Assembly: GCF_009914755.1 (NCBI RefSeq)
Contig: NC_060926.1
DNA: 64,000 nucleotides
Direction: 5' to 3' (one strand)
Source: the human T2T-CHM13v2.0 reference genome, Homo sapiens
Part shown: positions 25,420-39,231 of the stretch, piece by piece
Numbering within the stretch: position 1 is the first letter of the stretch
Layout of the letters: each line of letters begins with the position of its first letter
The notes under the pieces: model-generated
Seen by the model: the letters and a program-made list of their open reading frames with translations, nothing else
What the model was told of the DNA's origin: nothing
Databases searched by the model: none
Translations under genes and position numbers: made by a program

Positions 25420-26912
25420 TTATTCAGGCTAAGGCTGATTCTTGCATCTGAGCTCCGGAGCACACCAAATTCTACCTCCTTACTCCATTTATTAAGCCGT
25501 CTTTACCACAGTATCAATCTTTCTTTACTGCTGGCTCCTCTGAAGGTTAAAAACATGCTCATCTATCTTCCACCTTAGAAAACCCTCCCTTAATGTTATT
25601 GACTCTTCTAGCTACTGTACCACCTCACAGCTCCACTTTGTAGCTGTACTTGAAATAGGTGCTTACATTCACGGCCTCACATCTCATATACCCTTCAACT
25701 CACTGCATTATAGCTTTTGCCCTAACACATGCTTCCATGAAACTCCTCTCACCAGGATAACTATGGCCATCTAATTGCCAGTTCCTGTCATTCTGATGTC
25801 TGAGGAACACTTGACCCTCTGAACAACCAACTCCTTAAAGCCCTTCCACCTGCTGGCTTAAGCAACATTCTTCTGTCCCTAGTCTCTTGCTGATTTCTCT
25901 GTGTGAATTTTCTCTGGGCCACCCGTTAGCCCTTCATTTGCCTTTTTCCAGAATGATGGCGTCGCTCGGGGTCCCACTTCCTTTCATTCACATTCCATTC
26001 ACTTTCCCTGGAGATGACATTCATGCTCATGGCTCTGGCAGGGATGAGTCAAATCTGTATTTATATCATGAATATCTTTCCAAAGTTCCTCATCCTTATT
26101 TCAAACAGCCTCCTAGAAATCTCCTAGATGTCTCACTTGTTCACCAAACTATACATATAGAGAACAGAATGTATTGCCTTCCCCTCAAAATTTGCCCATA
26201 CTGATCATCAGTCTTTGTTCTCCATCTTGTCAAATGTTGTCACCATCCACCACCTTGTAAGAGACAACTTGAACAATAGAGACTGTATATAACCTTGATT
26301 CTTACCATATCTAATAACAAGGTTCTTTTGATTCTAATTCCTAAATATCTCTCAAACCCTTCCATTATCTCCTGGCCTCTATGCTTGCCTTTGTTCAGCC
26401 TATCACTACTTATTTGAACTCTTGCAATCTCTTATCTCTAACGGTGCCACCTTCAAACCATCTTTCAGGTTGCTAGCAGTGTGAACTTGCTAAAATGCAA
26501 ACTGGAATAGATCACCCCTATGATTAAAATTCTTGAATAACCTTGCATGGCCCACATGACCTAGTGTAAACTACTTAGAATGACATGCAGGACTTGCCCC
26601 ACCTTCCTCTCTAAAATAATCTCTTAGCATTTATCCACATGTGAGCAACCTGCTCTTCCACACACTCAATTATATCAATTTCTCAAGTCCAGCTACAAAA
26701 ACCATACTATTTTGGAGGGAAGGCATCTTTTACCTTGCACTTACTTCTCTGAAACAATGTAGCATATGCATAATTCCATGTTTCCAACTGCTTCTCCACT
26801 AGATTGTGAGTGCCTCAAGGGGAGGTGTATTCTATTCCCACACATAGCAGTGCTGGGTATTTGCTACATATTGGTAGCTACATATTGAAAGGTATTGCTA
26901 CATATTGAATGA
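25420..26912 (+). mobile_element. L2 LINE, long degenerate fragment to the 3' end
   Basis: cccttcaactcactgc...tgaaactcctctcacca, ggagatgacattcatgctcatggct and ccactagattgtgagtgcctcaagg are L2 ORF2/3' motifs. Confidence 0.7.
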
Positions 26913-27189
26913 TCTCAAATTTGCATGTACTAACACTGAATATCAATAGGAGGAAGTTACATCAATAGAAGAAAGTGATTTTTTTTTGGTTTCAAAACAA
27001 GAAATGAAACCACGGGAATTAAAACCTTACTCTTGTCTAAAATCCATGTTTGGTGCTCTTCTCACTATACTCCATGTCCTTCCATGTTAGTTATATAAAC
27101 TTAAGCAAGGTACTCCCATCTTAGACCTCATTTTTTCTCATCAATGGGAAAAGTTATTTCTAATAAATAATTTAGCTCTGATATTTGGA

Positions 27190-27395
27190 TTAGCATAGTG
27201 GTGAGTTCAAATCTTCAATCTATCAATGGGGCAAGTTTTTAAAATTCTCTGTCTTAGTTTCCTTATCTGTAAAATGGGGATAACAATAGTAACTTAATTC
27301 ATAGGGTTCATATGAAGATTAAATTGGAAATAATATGAAGGGCTCAGAAGAGTTCCTGGCTAAGATAAGCATTTAATTATAGTTAGCCATTATTA
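27190..27395 (+). mobile_element. MIR SINE
   Basis: ttagtttccttatctgtaaaatggggataacaatag...catagggtt MIR core. Confidence 0.85.
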
Positions 27396-28247
27396 TAGTC
27401 TCTATAAGTAGGAAGCCAACACACTTGACCCCTTCTATAACAGAAGTGGATGGCCAAAGTTCAGCTAACTGGTTTTTTTAAAAGGAATAGCTTAGGAAAT
27501 GATTTTTAGATGGCCAATAAAGATCATTGTTCTTAGCTTGTGATTAGCTTTCTGAATGACCCATGTGTCAGTATAAGGAGGATCTCCATATCCAAAAATC
27601 ATGTATTAATAATAATTGTCACAAATGACAAATACATAGCTTTGGTAGGTTTTGTCCTATTTTGAACAATTTTAAGCTCTAAATACATTGCTGATTTTTA
27701 TCTCATTGTAAGCCAGTTTTGAAAGCTAAGGAGATGCATAATATTTTTTATATTACTTTGCTGAAGATGTCTACCAAATTTATTCACTTTTTATTTCAAT
27801 AGCTTTAGGAGTACAAGTGGTTTTTGGTTATATGGATGAACTGTATCGTGGTGAAGTCTGGACATTTGGTATAGTCAACACCCAAATAGTGTATTTTATA
27901 CCCAATAGATAATTTTTTATCCCTCATCTCCTACCACTTTTCCCCTTTCTGAGTCTTCAGTGTCCACTATACCACTATGTATGCCTTTGTGTACCCATAG
28001 TTTAGCTCCCACTTATAAGTGAGAACATGAGATACTTGATTTTCTATTCCTGAGTTACTTCACATAGAAGAATAGCCTCCAATTCCATCCAAGTTGCTGC
28101 AAAAGACACTCTTTTGTTCTTTTCTATGGCTGAGTAGTATTTCAGTAGTATTTCATACACACACACACCACGGAATATTCTCTATCTATCTATACCACAT
28201 TCTCTTTATCCACTCATTGGTTGACGGGTGCTTAGGTTGATTCCATA

Positions 28248-28689
28248 TTATATGGTTTGGTTCTGCATCCCCATCAAATCTCATGTCAAATTGTAATCCC
28301 CAGTATTGGAGGTGGGGCCTGGTAGGAGGTGTTGGAGGTGGGGCCTGATAAGAGGTGATGGTCCTCCTACCATGGGGGTGGTCCTTTATGAATGGTTTAG
28401 CACCATCCCCTGTTCCGTTCTCGTGACAGTGAGTGAGCGAGTTATCATGAGATCTGGTTGCTTGAAAGTGTATAGCACCTCTGCACCCTCTCTCTTCCTC
28501 CTGCTCTGGCTGTGTGAGGTGCTCATTCTCCCTTTCCCTTCTGCCATGATTGTAAGTTTCCTTAGTCCTCCCCAGAAGTAGAGCAGATGCTGCCATGCTT
28601 CCTGTACAGCCTGCAGAACCGTGAGCCAATCTTTCCTTTATAAATTATCCAGTCTCAGGTATACAGCAATGCAAGAACTGACTAATACA
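28248..28689 (+). mobile_element. Solo MST (MSTA/B-like) LTR inserted in the L1PB
   Basis: atatggtttgg...aaatctcatgtc...ttgtaatcccca to actaataca; TSD ccat(a/g); internal ~24-bp tandem duplication of ttggaggtggggcctg. Confidence 0.9.
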
Positions 28690-31600
28690 CCATGTCTTTG
28701 CAATTGCGAATTGTGCTACAATAAACACATGAGTGCAGATGTCTTTTTGATATAACGGCTTATTTTCCTTTGGGTAGATACCTAGCAGTGGGATTGCTGA
28801 ATCAAATGGTAGATCTACTTTTAGTTCTTTGAGAAATCTCCATACTGTTTTCCACAGAGATTTTACTAATTTATATTTTCACCGATAGTTTATAAGTGTT
28901 CCCTTTTCATTACACCTATGCCAACATCTGTTGTTTTTCAACTGTTTAATAATGGCCTTTCTGAATGAGGTAAGTTGGTATCTCATTGTGGTTTTAACTT
29001 GCATTTCCCTGATGATTAGGGAGGTTGAACTTTTTAAAATATGTTTGTTGGCCATTTGTATATCTTCTTTTGAAAAATATTTGTTCATGTCATTTTCCTA
29101 CTTTAATGGGATTATTTGTTTTTTTAATTATTATTTGCTGATTTGAGTTCCTTATGGATTCTGGATATTAGTCCTTTTTCAAATATATAGTTTGTAAATA
29201 CTTTCTCCCATACTGTAGGCTGTCTGTTTGCTCTGTTGATTATTTCTTTCATTGTGAAGTAGTTTTTTGGTTTAGTTAAGTCCCATTTATTTATTTTTGT
29301 TTTTGTTGCATTTGATTCTGTAGTTTTGGTCATAAATTCATTGCCTAGACCAATGTTCAGAGGAATTTTTCCTAGGTTTTCTTCCAGAATTTTTAAAGTT
29401 TTAGGTCTTACATTTAAGTCTTTAATCCGTTTTGAGTTTATTTTTATATATGGTGAAAGATAGAGATTCTGTTTCATTCTTCTGCATGGGGCCACACAAT
29501 TTTCCCAGCATCGTTTATGGAATAGAATGTCCTTTCCCAGGTGTATGTTTTTGTCTGTTTTGTCAAAGATCAGTTGATTGTAGGTATTTGGCTTTATTTC
29601 TGGGGTCTCTATTCTGTCCCATTGGTCTATGTACCCACTGGTACTTTTATACCAGTGCCATGCTGTTTTGTTTACTGTAGTCTTGTAATATAATTTGAAG
29701 TCAGGTAATGTGATGCCTCCAGATTTACTCCTTTTGCTTAGGATTGTTTTGGCTGTTCAGGCTCTTCTTTGGTTCCATATGAACTTTAGAGATTGTTTTA
29801 TCTGTGAAAAAAGACATTGTTATTTTGAAGAGAATTGCATTAAATCTCTACACTGCTTTGGGCAGTCTGATCATTTCTACACTATTGATTCTTCCATTTC
29901 ATGAGTGTGAAATGTTTTTCCATTTGTTTGTGTCATCTATGATTTATTTTCTCCATGCTTTTAACTTTTTCTTGTAGAGATCTTTCACCTTCTTGGTTAA
30001 GTAGATTCTTAGGTATTTTTTTTCAGCTATTGTAAAATGAATTAAGTTCTTGATTTGCTTATCAGCTTGATTGTTATTGGTGTATAGCAGTGCTGTTGAT
30101 TTGCATACATTGATTTTGTAACCTGAGACTTTACTGAATTCATCTACCAGATCTAGGAATTTTGTTGGAGGAGTGTTTAGAGTTTTCTAGGTATCAGATT
30201 ATATCATCACCAGAGATAGTTTGATTACCTCTTTGCAAATTTAGATGCCCCTAATTTCTTCCTCTTTCCCTATTGTTCTGGCTAGCACTTTCAGTGCCAT
30301 GTTGAATAGAATTGTTGAAAATGAGCATCCTTTTTTTGTTCCTGTTCTGAGAAGAAATGCTTTCAACTTTTCCCCATTTAGTATGATGCTGGTTGTGGGT
30401 TTCTCATATGTGGCTTTCATTAGTTTGATGTATATTCCTTCTGTGCCTTGTTTGCTGAGAAGTTTTATCATGAAGGGATGCTAGGTTTTATCAAATGCTT
30501 TTTCTGCTTCTACTGAAATAATAATTTTTGTTTTTAATTCTGTTTATATGGTGAATCACATTTATTGACTTGTATATGTTGTACCATCCCTGAATTCCTA
30601 GGATGAAACCCACTTGATCGTGGTGAAGTATCTTTTTGATGTACTATTGGATTCAGTTTGCTAGTAATTATTGAGGATTTTTGCATTTATGTTCATTAGT
30701 GATATTGATCTGTAGTTTTTGTTATTGTTATGTCCTTTCTGGGCTTTGGTATGAGGATGATACTTGTTTCATAGAATGAGTTAGGGAGGATTCTCTCCTT
30801 CTTAATCTTTTTGAATACTTTCAGTAGGATTGGTATCAGTTATTTGAACATCAAGTAGAATTCAGCTGTGAATCTCTCCAGTCTTGAGCTTTCTGGGGGT
30901 GTGGAGGGGGAGATTTTTTTATTATGGATTCAATCTCACTACTTGTCATTGGTCTGTCCAGGATTGCTTTTCTTCCTGATTCAAGCTTGGGGGATTGTAT
31001 GTTTCCAGGAATTTATTCATCTCTTCAAGATTTTCTAGTTTGTGTGCATAGAGGTATTCATAGTAGTCTTGGATGATCTTTTGTATTTTTGTGTTATCAG
31101 TGATAATGTCTTCTTTTTATTTCTGACTGAGTTTACTTGAATCCTCTCTCTCTTTTTTGGTTAATTTAGCTATTGGCCTATCAATTCTGTTTATCTTTTC
31201 AAATAATCAAATTTTGTTTCATTGAGTCTTTGTATTGTGATTTTTTGGTTTCAGTTTCATTTAGTTTTGCTCTGAGCTTTGTTATTTCTTTTCTTCTGCT
31301 AGCTTTGGGTTTGGTTTGTTCTTGTATTTTTAGTTCTGTGAGGTGTGATGTTGGGTTGTCAATTCGTGATTGTTTGGCCTTTTTGATGTAAGCATTTAGC
31401 ACTATAAACTCCCCACATAGCACTCCTGCTGTGTTCCAGATATTTTGATAACTTGTGTCACTGGTTATTATTTATTTTGAAAAATTTTTTAGTTTCCATT
31501 TTGATTTCATCATTGATCCAAAGATCGTTCAGGAGCAGGTTGTTTACTTTCCATGTATTTGTAGAGTTTTGAGAGTTCCTTTTAGAATTGATTTCTAGCT

Positions 31601-32196
31601 TTATTGCATTGTGGTCTGAGAAGATATTTGATATAATTTCAATTTTTAAAAATTTATTACACTTGTTTTGTGGCCTATCATACAGTCTATCTCAGAAAAT
31701 GTTCCATGTAATAAGAATAAGAATGTATATTCTGCAGTTTAAGGATAGAAATTTCTGTAAATGTCTGTTAGGGCCATTTGTTCTAGAGTCAAGTTTAAGT
31801 CCAGTGCTTCTTTGTAGAATTTCTTCCTCAATAATCTGTCTAGTGCTGTCAGTGGAGTATTGAAGTCCCACACTATTACTGTATTGCTGTCTACCTCTCT
31901 TTTTCGGCCTAGTATTATCTGTTCTATAAATCTGGGAGCTCCAGTGTTAGATGCAAATATATTTAGGATTGTTATATCTTTTTGTTTAATTCATCTATTT
32001 ATCATTATAATTTTTAAATCTTTGTTTACTGTTGTTGATTTAAAGTCTGTTTTATATGATATAAGAATAGCTACTTATGCTTGCTTTTGGTTTCCATTTG
32101 TGTGGAATATTTTTCTCTACCCCTTTGTTTTCAGTCTATAAAAATATTTAAGAGTTAAGTGAGTCTCTTAAAGGCAGCAGATATTTGGATTGTGGA

Positions 32197-32496
32197 TTTT
32201 GTTTTTTCGGTTCTGAGATAAGGTCTCACTTTGTTGTTCAAGCTGGAGTGCAGTAGCACAATCATAGCTCATTATAATCTCAAACTCCTGGGTTCCAGTG
32301 ATCCTCCAATTCCAGCCTCCTGTGTAGCTGGGACTACAGACCCACACTACCATGCCCAGCTAGTATTTGCTTTATTTTTTGTATAAAAAGGCCTTGTAAT
32401 GTTGCCTAGGTTTGTCTTGGCAATAAGACCTGGCCCCAAGCAATTCTCCCACATCGGCTTCCCAAATTGTTGGGATTGCAGCCACAGTGCCTAGCC
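32197..32496 (-). mobile_element. AluJ inserted in the L1PB
   Basis: Diverged antisense Alu (atcatagctca); TSD tggattgtg on both sides. Confidence 0.88.
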
Positions 32497-35400
32497 TGGA
32501 TTGTGTTTTTCAATCCATTCTACCAATCTATATTTTTTCAGTTAGGCATTTAGGCTACTTACATTCAAAGTTAATACTGATATGTAAGATACTGTTCCAG
32601 TCATTATGTTGATTGTTACCTAGTTGCTTTGTATTCTCCATTGTGTTACTGTTTTTAAACCCTTTGAGTTTTACAGTTTTCAGTGTTTTCATACTGGTGA
32701 GTGTCAACCTTTCATTTCAATATTTAGAACTCCTTTTAGCATTTTTTTCTAGTGCCAGTCTAGTGGTGACAAATTCCTCCAGTGTTTGGTGATCTGGGAA
32801 AGACTATTCTTCCTTCATGTAAGAAATGCAGCCTTCAGGATACAACATTTTTGGCTGACAGTTATTCTGCTTAAGGAAACTAAAGATAAAACCACAGTCC
32901 CTTCTGGTTTATAAAGTTTTGGCCGAGAAGTCTGCTGTTAGTCAGACAGGTTTTCCTTTATAAGTTATTTGATTTTTTTCTCACTTTTCTTAGAATTCTT
33001 ACCTTTCCATTGACTTTAGGTAGCCTAATGACTGTATGCCTTGGTGATGTTCTTTTTGCAATTACTATTCCAGGAATTCTTTGAGTCTTTTGTATCTGGA
33101 TGTCTAAATCTCTGGCAAGACCAGGGAAGTTTTCCTCAATTATTCCTTCAAATATATCTTCCAAGTTCTTGTGTTTTTTTCTTTTTCTCTTTCAGGAATA
33201 CTTTTGATTCTTAGGATTGGATGTTTCATATTATCCTATATTTCTTGGAGACTGTGTTCATTTCTTTTATTTTTTTTTTTAATTTTTGTTGGTTTGGGGG
33301 TTAATTCAAAACGCTCCTCTTGGAGCTCTAGAATTCTTTCTTCTCCTTGGTCTAGTTTAGTGGTAAAAGTTTCCACTGCATTTTATAATTATCTGAATGA
33401 GTCTTTCATTTCCAGAAGTTCTGTCTGGTCTTTTTAAGAATATACTTTCTTTAGAAAAATTTTTATTCATGTCCTTAATTTTTTTTATTTATTTATGTTG
33501 GTTTTCAACTTTCTATTGGATCTCATTAAGCAGCTTTGTAATCAATATTTTGAATTATTTATCTGGTATTTCAAAGTTTTCATTTTAGTTTGGATTATTG
33601 CTGGAGAGTTAGTGTGATACTTTGGGGGTGTTGTAAAACTCTGTTTTTTCCTATTGCTAGAATTATCTTTCTGGTCCCTTCATATCTGAATAGACTATTT
33701 CTTCATATTGTTTTCAAATTTATTTCTGATGGGACTTGAGTTTTTTTCCCCCTTGAGGTTTTGACTATAATATATGTATAGTTTATGACCACCTAGCTTT
33801 GGCTCTGAGTGCTTTCAGTGGCAAAGACTATATGAGTTCCTTGGTAACAGAGAATCTTTGTATGATGGCTTTCTCAGATGCCACTTGCAGTAGCAATGTG
33901 CTAGGTGTCTGAGCAGGTTCACTGTCTTACATGGGGCCAGGATGACAGAGGTCTCATGAAGCTCATCTCATTCCCCAGTGGTGAAGCTTCTCTCATTCCC
34001 CAGTGGTGCACACTTTTTCTTCCCCAGTAATTTTTTCACTGGGTTGAACAGTTCAGCTTTCAAGCCAATAAGAGACACTCACAGATAAGAACTACCTGTG
34101 GCTGAAGCAGGTGTGTATACGCAATACCCCAATTGGGGACAAAAGTCCCATCCATGTCGATGGTGTCCGGGGGAGCTTCTGGTGAAATGCACTGAGGTTT
34201 TTACAGTGAAAAGAAAGGGAGCCACCTCAGCTCCATTACCAGGCCAACAGAAAAGCTATCTATCTCCTCACGAAGCCCCTGACCCAGTGTTCCAGATATT
34301 CAGATCAGACAGTCACCTCTGTCCATCTATAGGAACACTGAAATTCCATGTGGAGAGACAGAGGGACTCCACCTCTCACACAAGCCTGACCCTGGAGGGT
34401 GCACCTCCCATGGGGACACAGTCACCCCAAAATGCTCCAGTAAGATTGTCTATAGTACCTGCATGGAACTCCCATGGGAGAAACCCCAGATGTTTGCAGC
34501 AGTGGGTGGGAGGAAGGAGAAGTCTCCTTCCCCAAGTCCTTTTTGGAGCACTGGGGCTGTTTGACATCTGGGAAGGAACCTCAAGTCTTCCCCCACTGAG
34601 CCCAGCACTGCCTTTGCTGAAAAAGGCACAAGCAGGAATTTCTGAGACATAAAAAAGCTTGCACTCTGGTTCCCTTTGTTCCATGCGGTGCTCTCTTGGC
34701 ATGTCACACTCCCCCTTACCCTAAGTGTGGCAATTCCTGAGAGCCAGACTACTTACTGTGAAGCCCACTGCTCCTCTGGGTCCAGCCACCCTGTGGGGCT
34801 GTCACAGTCCAGGCTGTGCTGGGGAATGGTTGCAAAGGATATGGTGATGTGAAGAGACAAGGTTTGAAGGTCTCCGAGCAAAGCGAAGTCCCACAATGAG
34901 TGCACACCCAGTATTGTGCCCGCTACTACAGCCCAGGTCCAGGGGGAAAAGGAAGGATCCCAGCATGAGCTGGTAGCCCAGTGTAATGCTCTGAAGAAGT
35001 CCCCAAATTGCAGCCCACTCCAGTACTTGGGCTTATGAGGGCAAAGAATCTCTTCTTGAATTATGATAACCAGCAGTCTGCCACAAGAGTTAAAGAGGCT
35101 GAAAATACTCCCTACCCTTTTATGGAATACTAGCTTTCTCAGGGTTTGATCTCTGTCAGCTTCTTGTGTCTTTCTTTTGTGTGTGTTGTAGATTCTTCCA
35201 GTGAAATCTCTGGTAGGTTCCAGAACTTTCCCTTTAACATTCCATTTGGACTATGATTATTCACCTGTAATTTTGGCTCTTCCTTCTGAGGAGAACTGGT
35301 CACTGACATCTCTGGGCAGCCGTTTGGAGTAGCTCTCTGATGCCTCGGGCTATGGACTGGTCTGTGGGATGTGCAGTAGCTAGGGCTCTGCTCTTAGCTC

Positions 35401-36967
35401 CAGAGGGGGCAATGTTGGGTGGAGCTGAACCAGGATGACCTGTCCTCTGGTCTCCCAGCAGTGGGTGGAAGCACCAGCCAAGATGGGAATAGCAGGGTAT
35501 TGGTGTAGACATCGTAAGATTTCCTTGGCTTTACAAAGCTTTAGTGTGATGGCTTTCTCAATTAACAGCTGTAGTAGTAATATACTGGGAACATGAATAG
35601 GCTCAAGGCCTCCTGAGTGGCTGGAATAGTGGGGGCAATGGTGTTAGCAGAGGTCATACAAAAGTTTTCTTCCTCCCATGTGCTGTGTTATTGTGCCAGC
35701 AGATGTTGTAGTGGGCTGTGCTGGTTGACCTCTGGCCAGGAAGTGGCACTTGCAGGAGAGAGACAGCTGTGATGGTGGCTGTGGGACTTGCACTTGGTCT
35801 ATTTTACCTATGGGGGATATTCAGATGTCCTAGGCAATGGACTGGGCTATGAAACTCCCAAAAGTCCCTGTTTAGGTTCTGCTACCAAGGCAGGTGGAGT
35901 TGCAAAGCTAGGTGGGGACTGGGTCAGACAAGTCTATGATCTGGTTCCCCAAGTGCAGGCACAAGTGGCAATCCCTATGGGAGTCAGACAGCAGTTCCCT
36001 GGTTGCTGGGGTAATGTTCCAGGGAGAAGCAGAACTGCCTCTGCTGCACAAAAGACACCACACATAGAAAGAGGAGCGGCAGTTGGCAGTGAGATGCACC
36101 CAGCTCCCACGTCCTTGACAGAGCAGATTTTAAATCCATGGACTTCTGCTGGCAGAAAGCTGCCACAGCCAGCTGGGCCTTCAGCTGTCTGTGCTCAGAA
36201 TGCAAAACTACCCCAAGCTTCAAGACTCCTGCTGGAGACAGAAACCAGGCCACATCCTTCTGGGTTCAGCCTAAGAAGCAGGGGCATGCAGCTCTCAGCC
36301 AGGGCAAGAGCATGCTTCCTGCTCACCTCTTGGTTCTGGCCTAGATAGCTCATCCCCACTCCTGATTAGATCACAAATATCACTTGGGATCTTCTCCCAA
36401 TCTGTGACCAGCATCTGAATTAGCTGGGAGATTTCCATAGTGTCCTCTATGAGTTAGGATCATAGAGCGTCCTCTATGAGTAGGATCAGAGCCAATGGGG
36501 ACAGGATCCTTCTGTCCCCATTGGGTCTGGGAGTGTATGCAAAGCACATCCTAATGCTACTTCTTCTTATATACTCCCCACCACCCACCAAATCAGCTCC
36601 AGTTCTGGGCAGGGTGAGGTGCTCTCCCATGGCCTGGACTGCCCAGCTCCCCAGTGGGAATGTGTACCACAGAGACAGCCCCTCCATCTTCCACCCTCTG
36701 GAGACTCAGAGTTTTCTACCTGACTCATGGTGCAAGTTCCCATCTGCTGCTGTTTTAAAAGTATCTGAACTTTCACTTTTTCTGTTGAGTTGCCATGTTC
36801 CTTCTTGGATAAAAGTTCACACTATGAGTCTCTACATACGATTTTCCTCTTTCTGAGCAAATGAGGCATGCTAACAAAGCACACCATCTTGGAAAAATAT
36901 CTGCCATCTTGGAAAAAAAAATCTACCAACTTTAACATGAACTTTCCCCCAAAGCCCAAAATGTACT

Positions 36968-39231
36968 TGTATCAGTTTGTTTTTATGCTGCTAATAAAGA
37001 CATACCCAAGACTGGGTAATTTATAAAGGAAAGAGGTTTAATGGACTCACGGTTCCACATAGCTTGGGAGGCCTCACAATCATGGCGGAAGGCAAAAGAG
37101 AAGCAAAGTCATGTCTTACCTGGTGGCTGGCAAGAGAGCAGGTGCATGGGAGCTCCCCTTTATAAAACTATCATATCTCATGAGACTTATTGACTATCAT
37201 GAGAACAACATGGGAAAGATGCACCCTCATGATTCAATTACCTCCCACCAGGTCCCTCCCATGACATGTGGGAATTACAGGAGCTATAATTCAAGACGAG
37301 ATTTGGGTGGAGAAACAGCCAAACCATGTCATTCCACCTTTGCCCCTCCAAAATCTCATGTCCTCACATTTCAAAATCAATCATGCCTTCCCAGCAGTCC
37401 CCTAAAGTGTTAACTCATTTCAGCATTAACTCAAAAGTCCACAATCCAAAGTCTCATCTGAGACAAGGCAAGTCCCTTCAGCCTATGATCCTGTAAAATC
37501 AAAAGCAAGTTAGTTACTTCCCAGATACAATGAGGGTACAGGTATTGGGTAAATATACCCATTCCAAATGGAAGAAATTGGCCAAAACAAAGGGGCTAGA
37601 GGCCCCATGCAAGTCTGAAATCCAATAGGGCAGTCATTAAACCTTAAAGTTCCAAAATGATCTCCTTTGACTCCATGTTTCACATCCAGGCAATGCTGAT
37701 ACATGAGCTGGGTTCCCACAGCCTTGGGCATCTCCCCTCCCTGTGGCTTTGCAGGGTACAGCTCCCCTTTTGCCTGCTTTCACAGGCTGGCATTTAGTGT
37801 CTGTGGCTTTTCCAGGCACATGATGCAAGCTGTTGGTGGATCTACCATTCTGGAGTCTGGAGGATGGTAGCTCTCTTTTCACAGCTCCACTAGGCAGTGC
37901 TCCATAGTGGACTCTGTGTGGGGGCTCCAACCCCACATTTCCCTTCCACTCTGCCCTAGCAGAGGTTCTCCATGAGGGCCCCAACCCTGTAGCAAACTTG
38001 TGCTTAGACATCCAGGCATTTCCATACATCTTCTGAAATCTAGGTGGAGGTTCCCAAACATTAATTCTTGACTTCTGTGTACACACAGGCCCAACACCAT
38101 ATGGAAGCTGCCAAGGCTTTGGACTTGCACCCTCTAAAATAATGGCCTGAACTGTACATTGGCCTCATTTAGCCACAGGTGGAGCTGAAACAGCTGGAAT
38201 GCAGGGCACCATGTTTGTAGGCTGCATAGGGCAGAGGGGCCCTGGGCCCAGCCCACAAAACCATTTTTCCCTCCTAGGCCTCCAGATCTGTGATGGAATG
38301 GGTTGTCATGAAGGTCTCTGACATGCCCTGGAGACATGTTTCTCAAGGTCTTGGTGATTAGCATTTGGCTCCTCATTACTTATGCAAATTTCTGCAGCCA
38401 GCTTGAATTTCTCCCCAGAAAATGGGTTTTTCTTTTCTACTGCATCATCAGGCTGCAAATTTCCCAAACTTTTATGCTCGGTGACGTCTTTGCCACTTAG
38501 AAATTTCTTCTACCAGATACTCCAAATCATCTCTCTCAAGTTCAAAGTTCCACAGATCTCTAGGGCAGGGACAAAATGCTGCCAGTCTCTTTGCTAAAGC
38601 ATAACAAGAGTCACCTTTGCTCCAGTTCCCAACAAGTTCCTCATTTCCATCTGAGACCAGCTTAGCCTGGACTTTATTGTCCATATCACTATCAGCATTT
38701 TGGTCAAAGCCATTCAACAAGTCTCTAGGAAGTCCCAAACTTTTCCGCATCTTCCTGTCTTCTGTGCCCTCCAAACTGTTCCAACCTCTGCCTGTTACCT
38801 AGTTCCAAGGTCACTTCCACATTTTTGATATCTTTACAGCAGCACCCCACACCCAGTACCAATTTACTGTATTAGTTTGTTTTCACACTGCTAATAAAGA
38901 CACACCCGACACTGGGTAATTTATAAAGGAGAGAGGTTTAATGGACTCGCAGTTCCACATGGCTGGGGAGGCCTCATAATGATGGTGGAAAGTAAAGGAG
39001 AAGCAAAGTCACATCTTACATTTCAGCTGGCAAGAGAGCATGTGCAGGGGCTCTCCCCTTTGTAAAACCATCAGATCGTGGGAAACTTATTCACTATCAT
39101 GAGAACAGCATGGGAAAAACCCACCCCCATGATTCAGTTACCTCCCACCAGGTCCCTTCCATGACACTTGGTAATTATGGAAGCTACAATTCAGGATGAG
39201 ATTTGGATGGGGACACAGCCAAACCATATTA
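36968..39231 (-). mobile_element. Complete THE1 (C/D-like) MaLR provirus: 5' LTR 38868-39231, internal region 37332-38867, 3' LTR 36968-37331
   Basis: Two similar ~364-bp LTRs in the same orientation, ~1.5 kb THE1-int with broken MaLR ORF pieces (e.g. 38472-38774), purine tract aggggcaaaggtggaa next to the 3' LTR on the minus strand. Confidence 0.95.

Larger units (their letters stand above)
27783..36921 (-). mobile_element. Near full-length L1PB (L1PB1/2-like) LINE-1, inactivated; 3'UTR, ORF2, ORF1 and ~3.2 kb 5'UTR
   Basis: L1PB 3' end ttttatttcaatagcttt...gtacaagtggtttttggtta; ORF2 fragments (29124-29495, 30241-30471, 31199-31423); ORF1 fragment 32958-33164 (EENFPGLARDLDIQIQ); 5' ccatcttgg; TSD tctaccaa(a/c)ttta at 27770-27782 and 36922-36934. 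Confidence 0.9.

Noticed and set aside
28879-33164. ORFs resembling L1 ORF1p/ORF2p
   Set aside because: Short fragments of a dead L1 with many stops, frameshifts and Alu/MST insertions; not functional CDS
34098-36856. Several 100-186 aa ORFs
   Set aside because: They lie in the GC-richer L1PB 5'UTR, where stop codons are rarer, and show no protein-like features
37510-38774. ORFs within the THE1 internal region
   Set aside because: Broken pieces of the MaLR internal ORF in different frames
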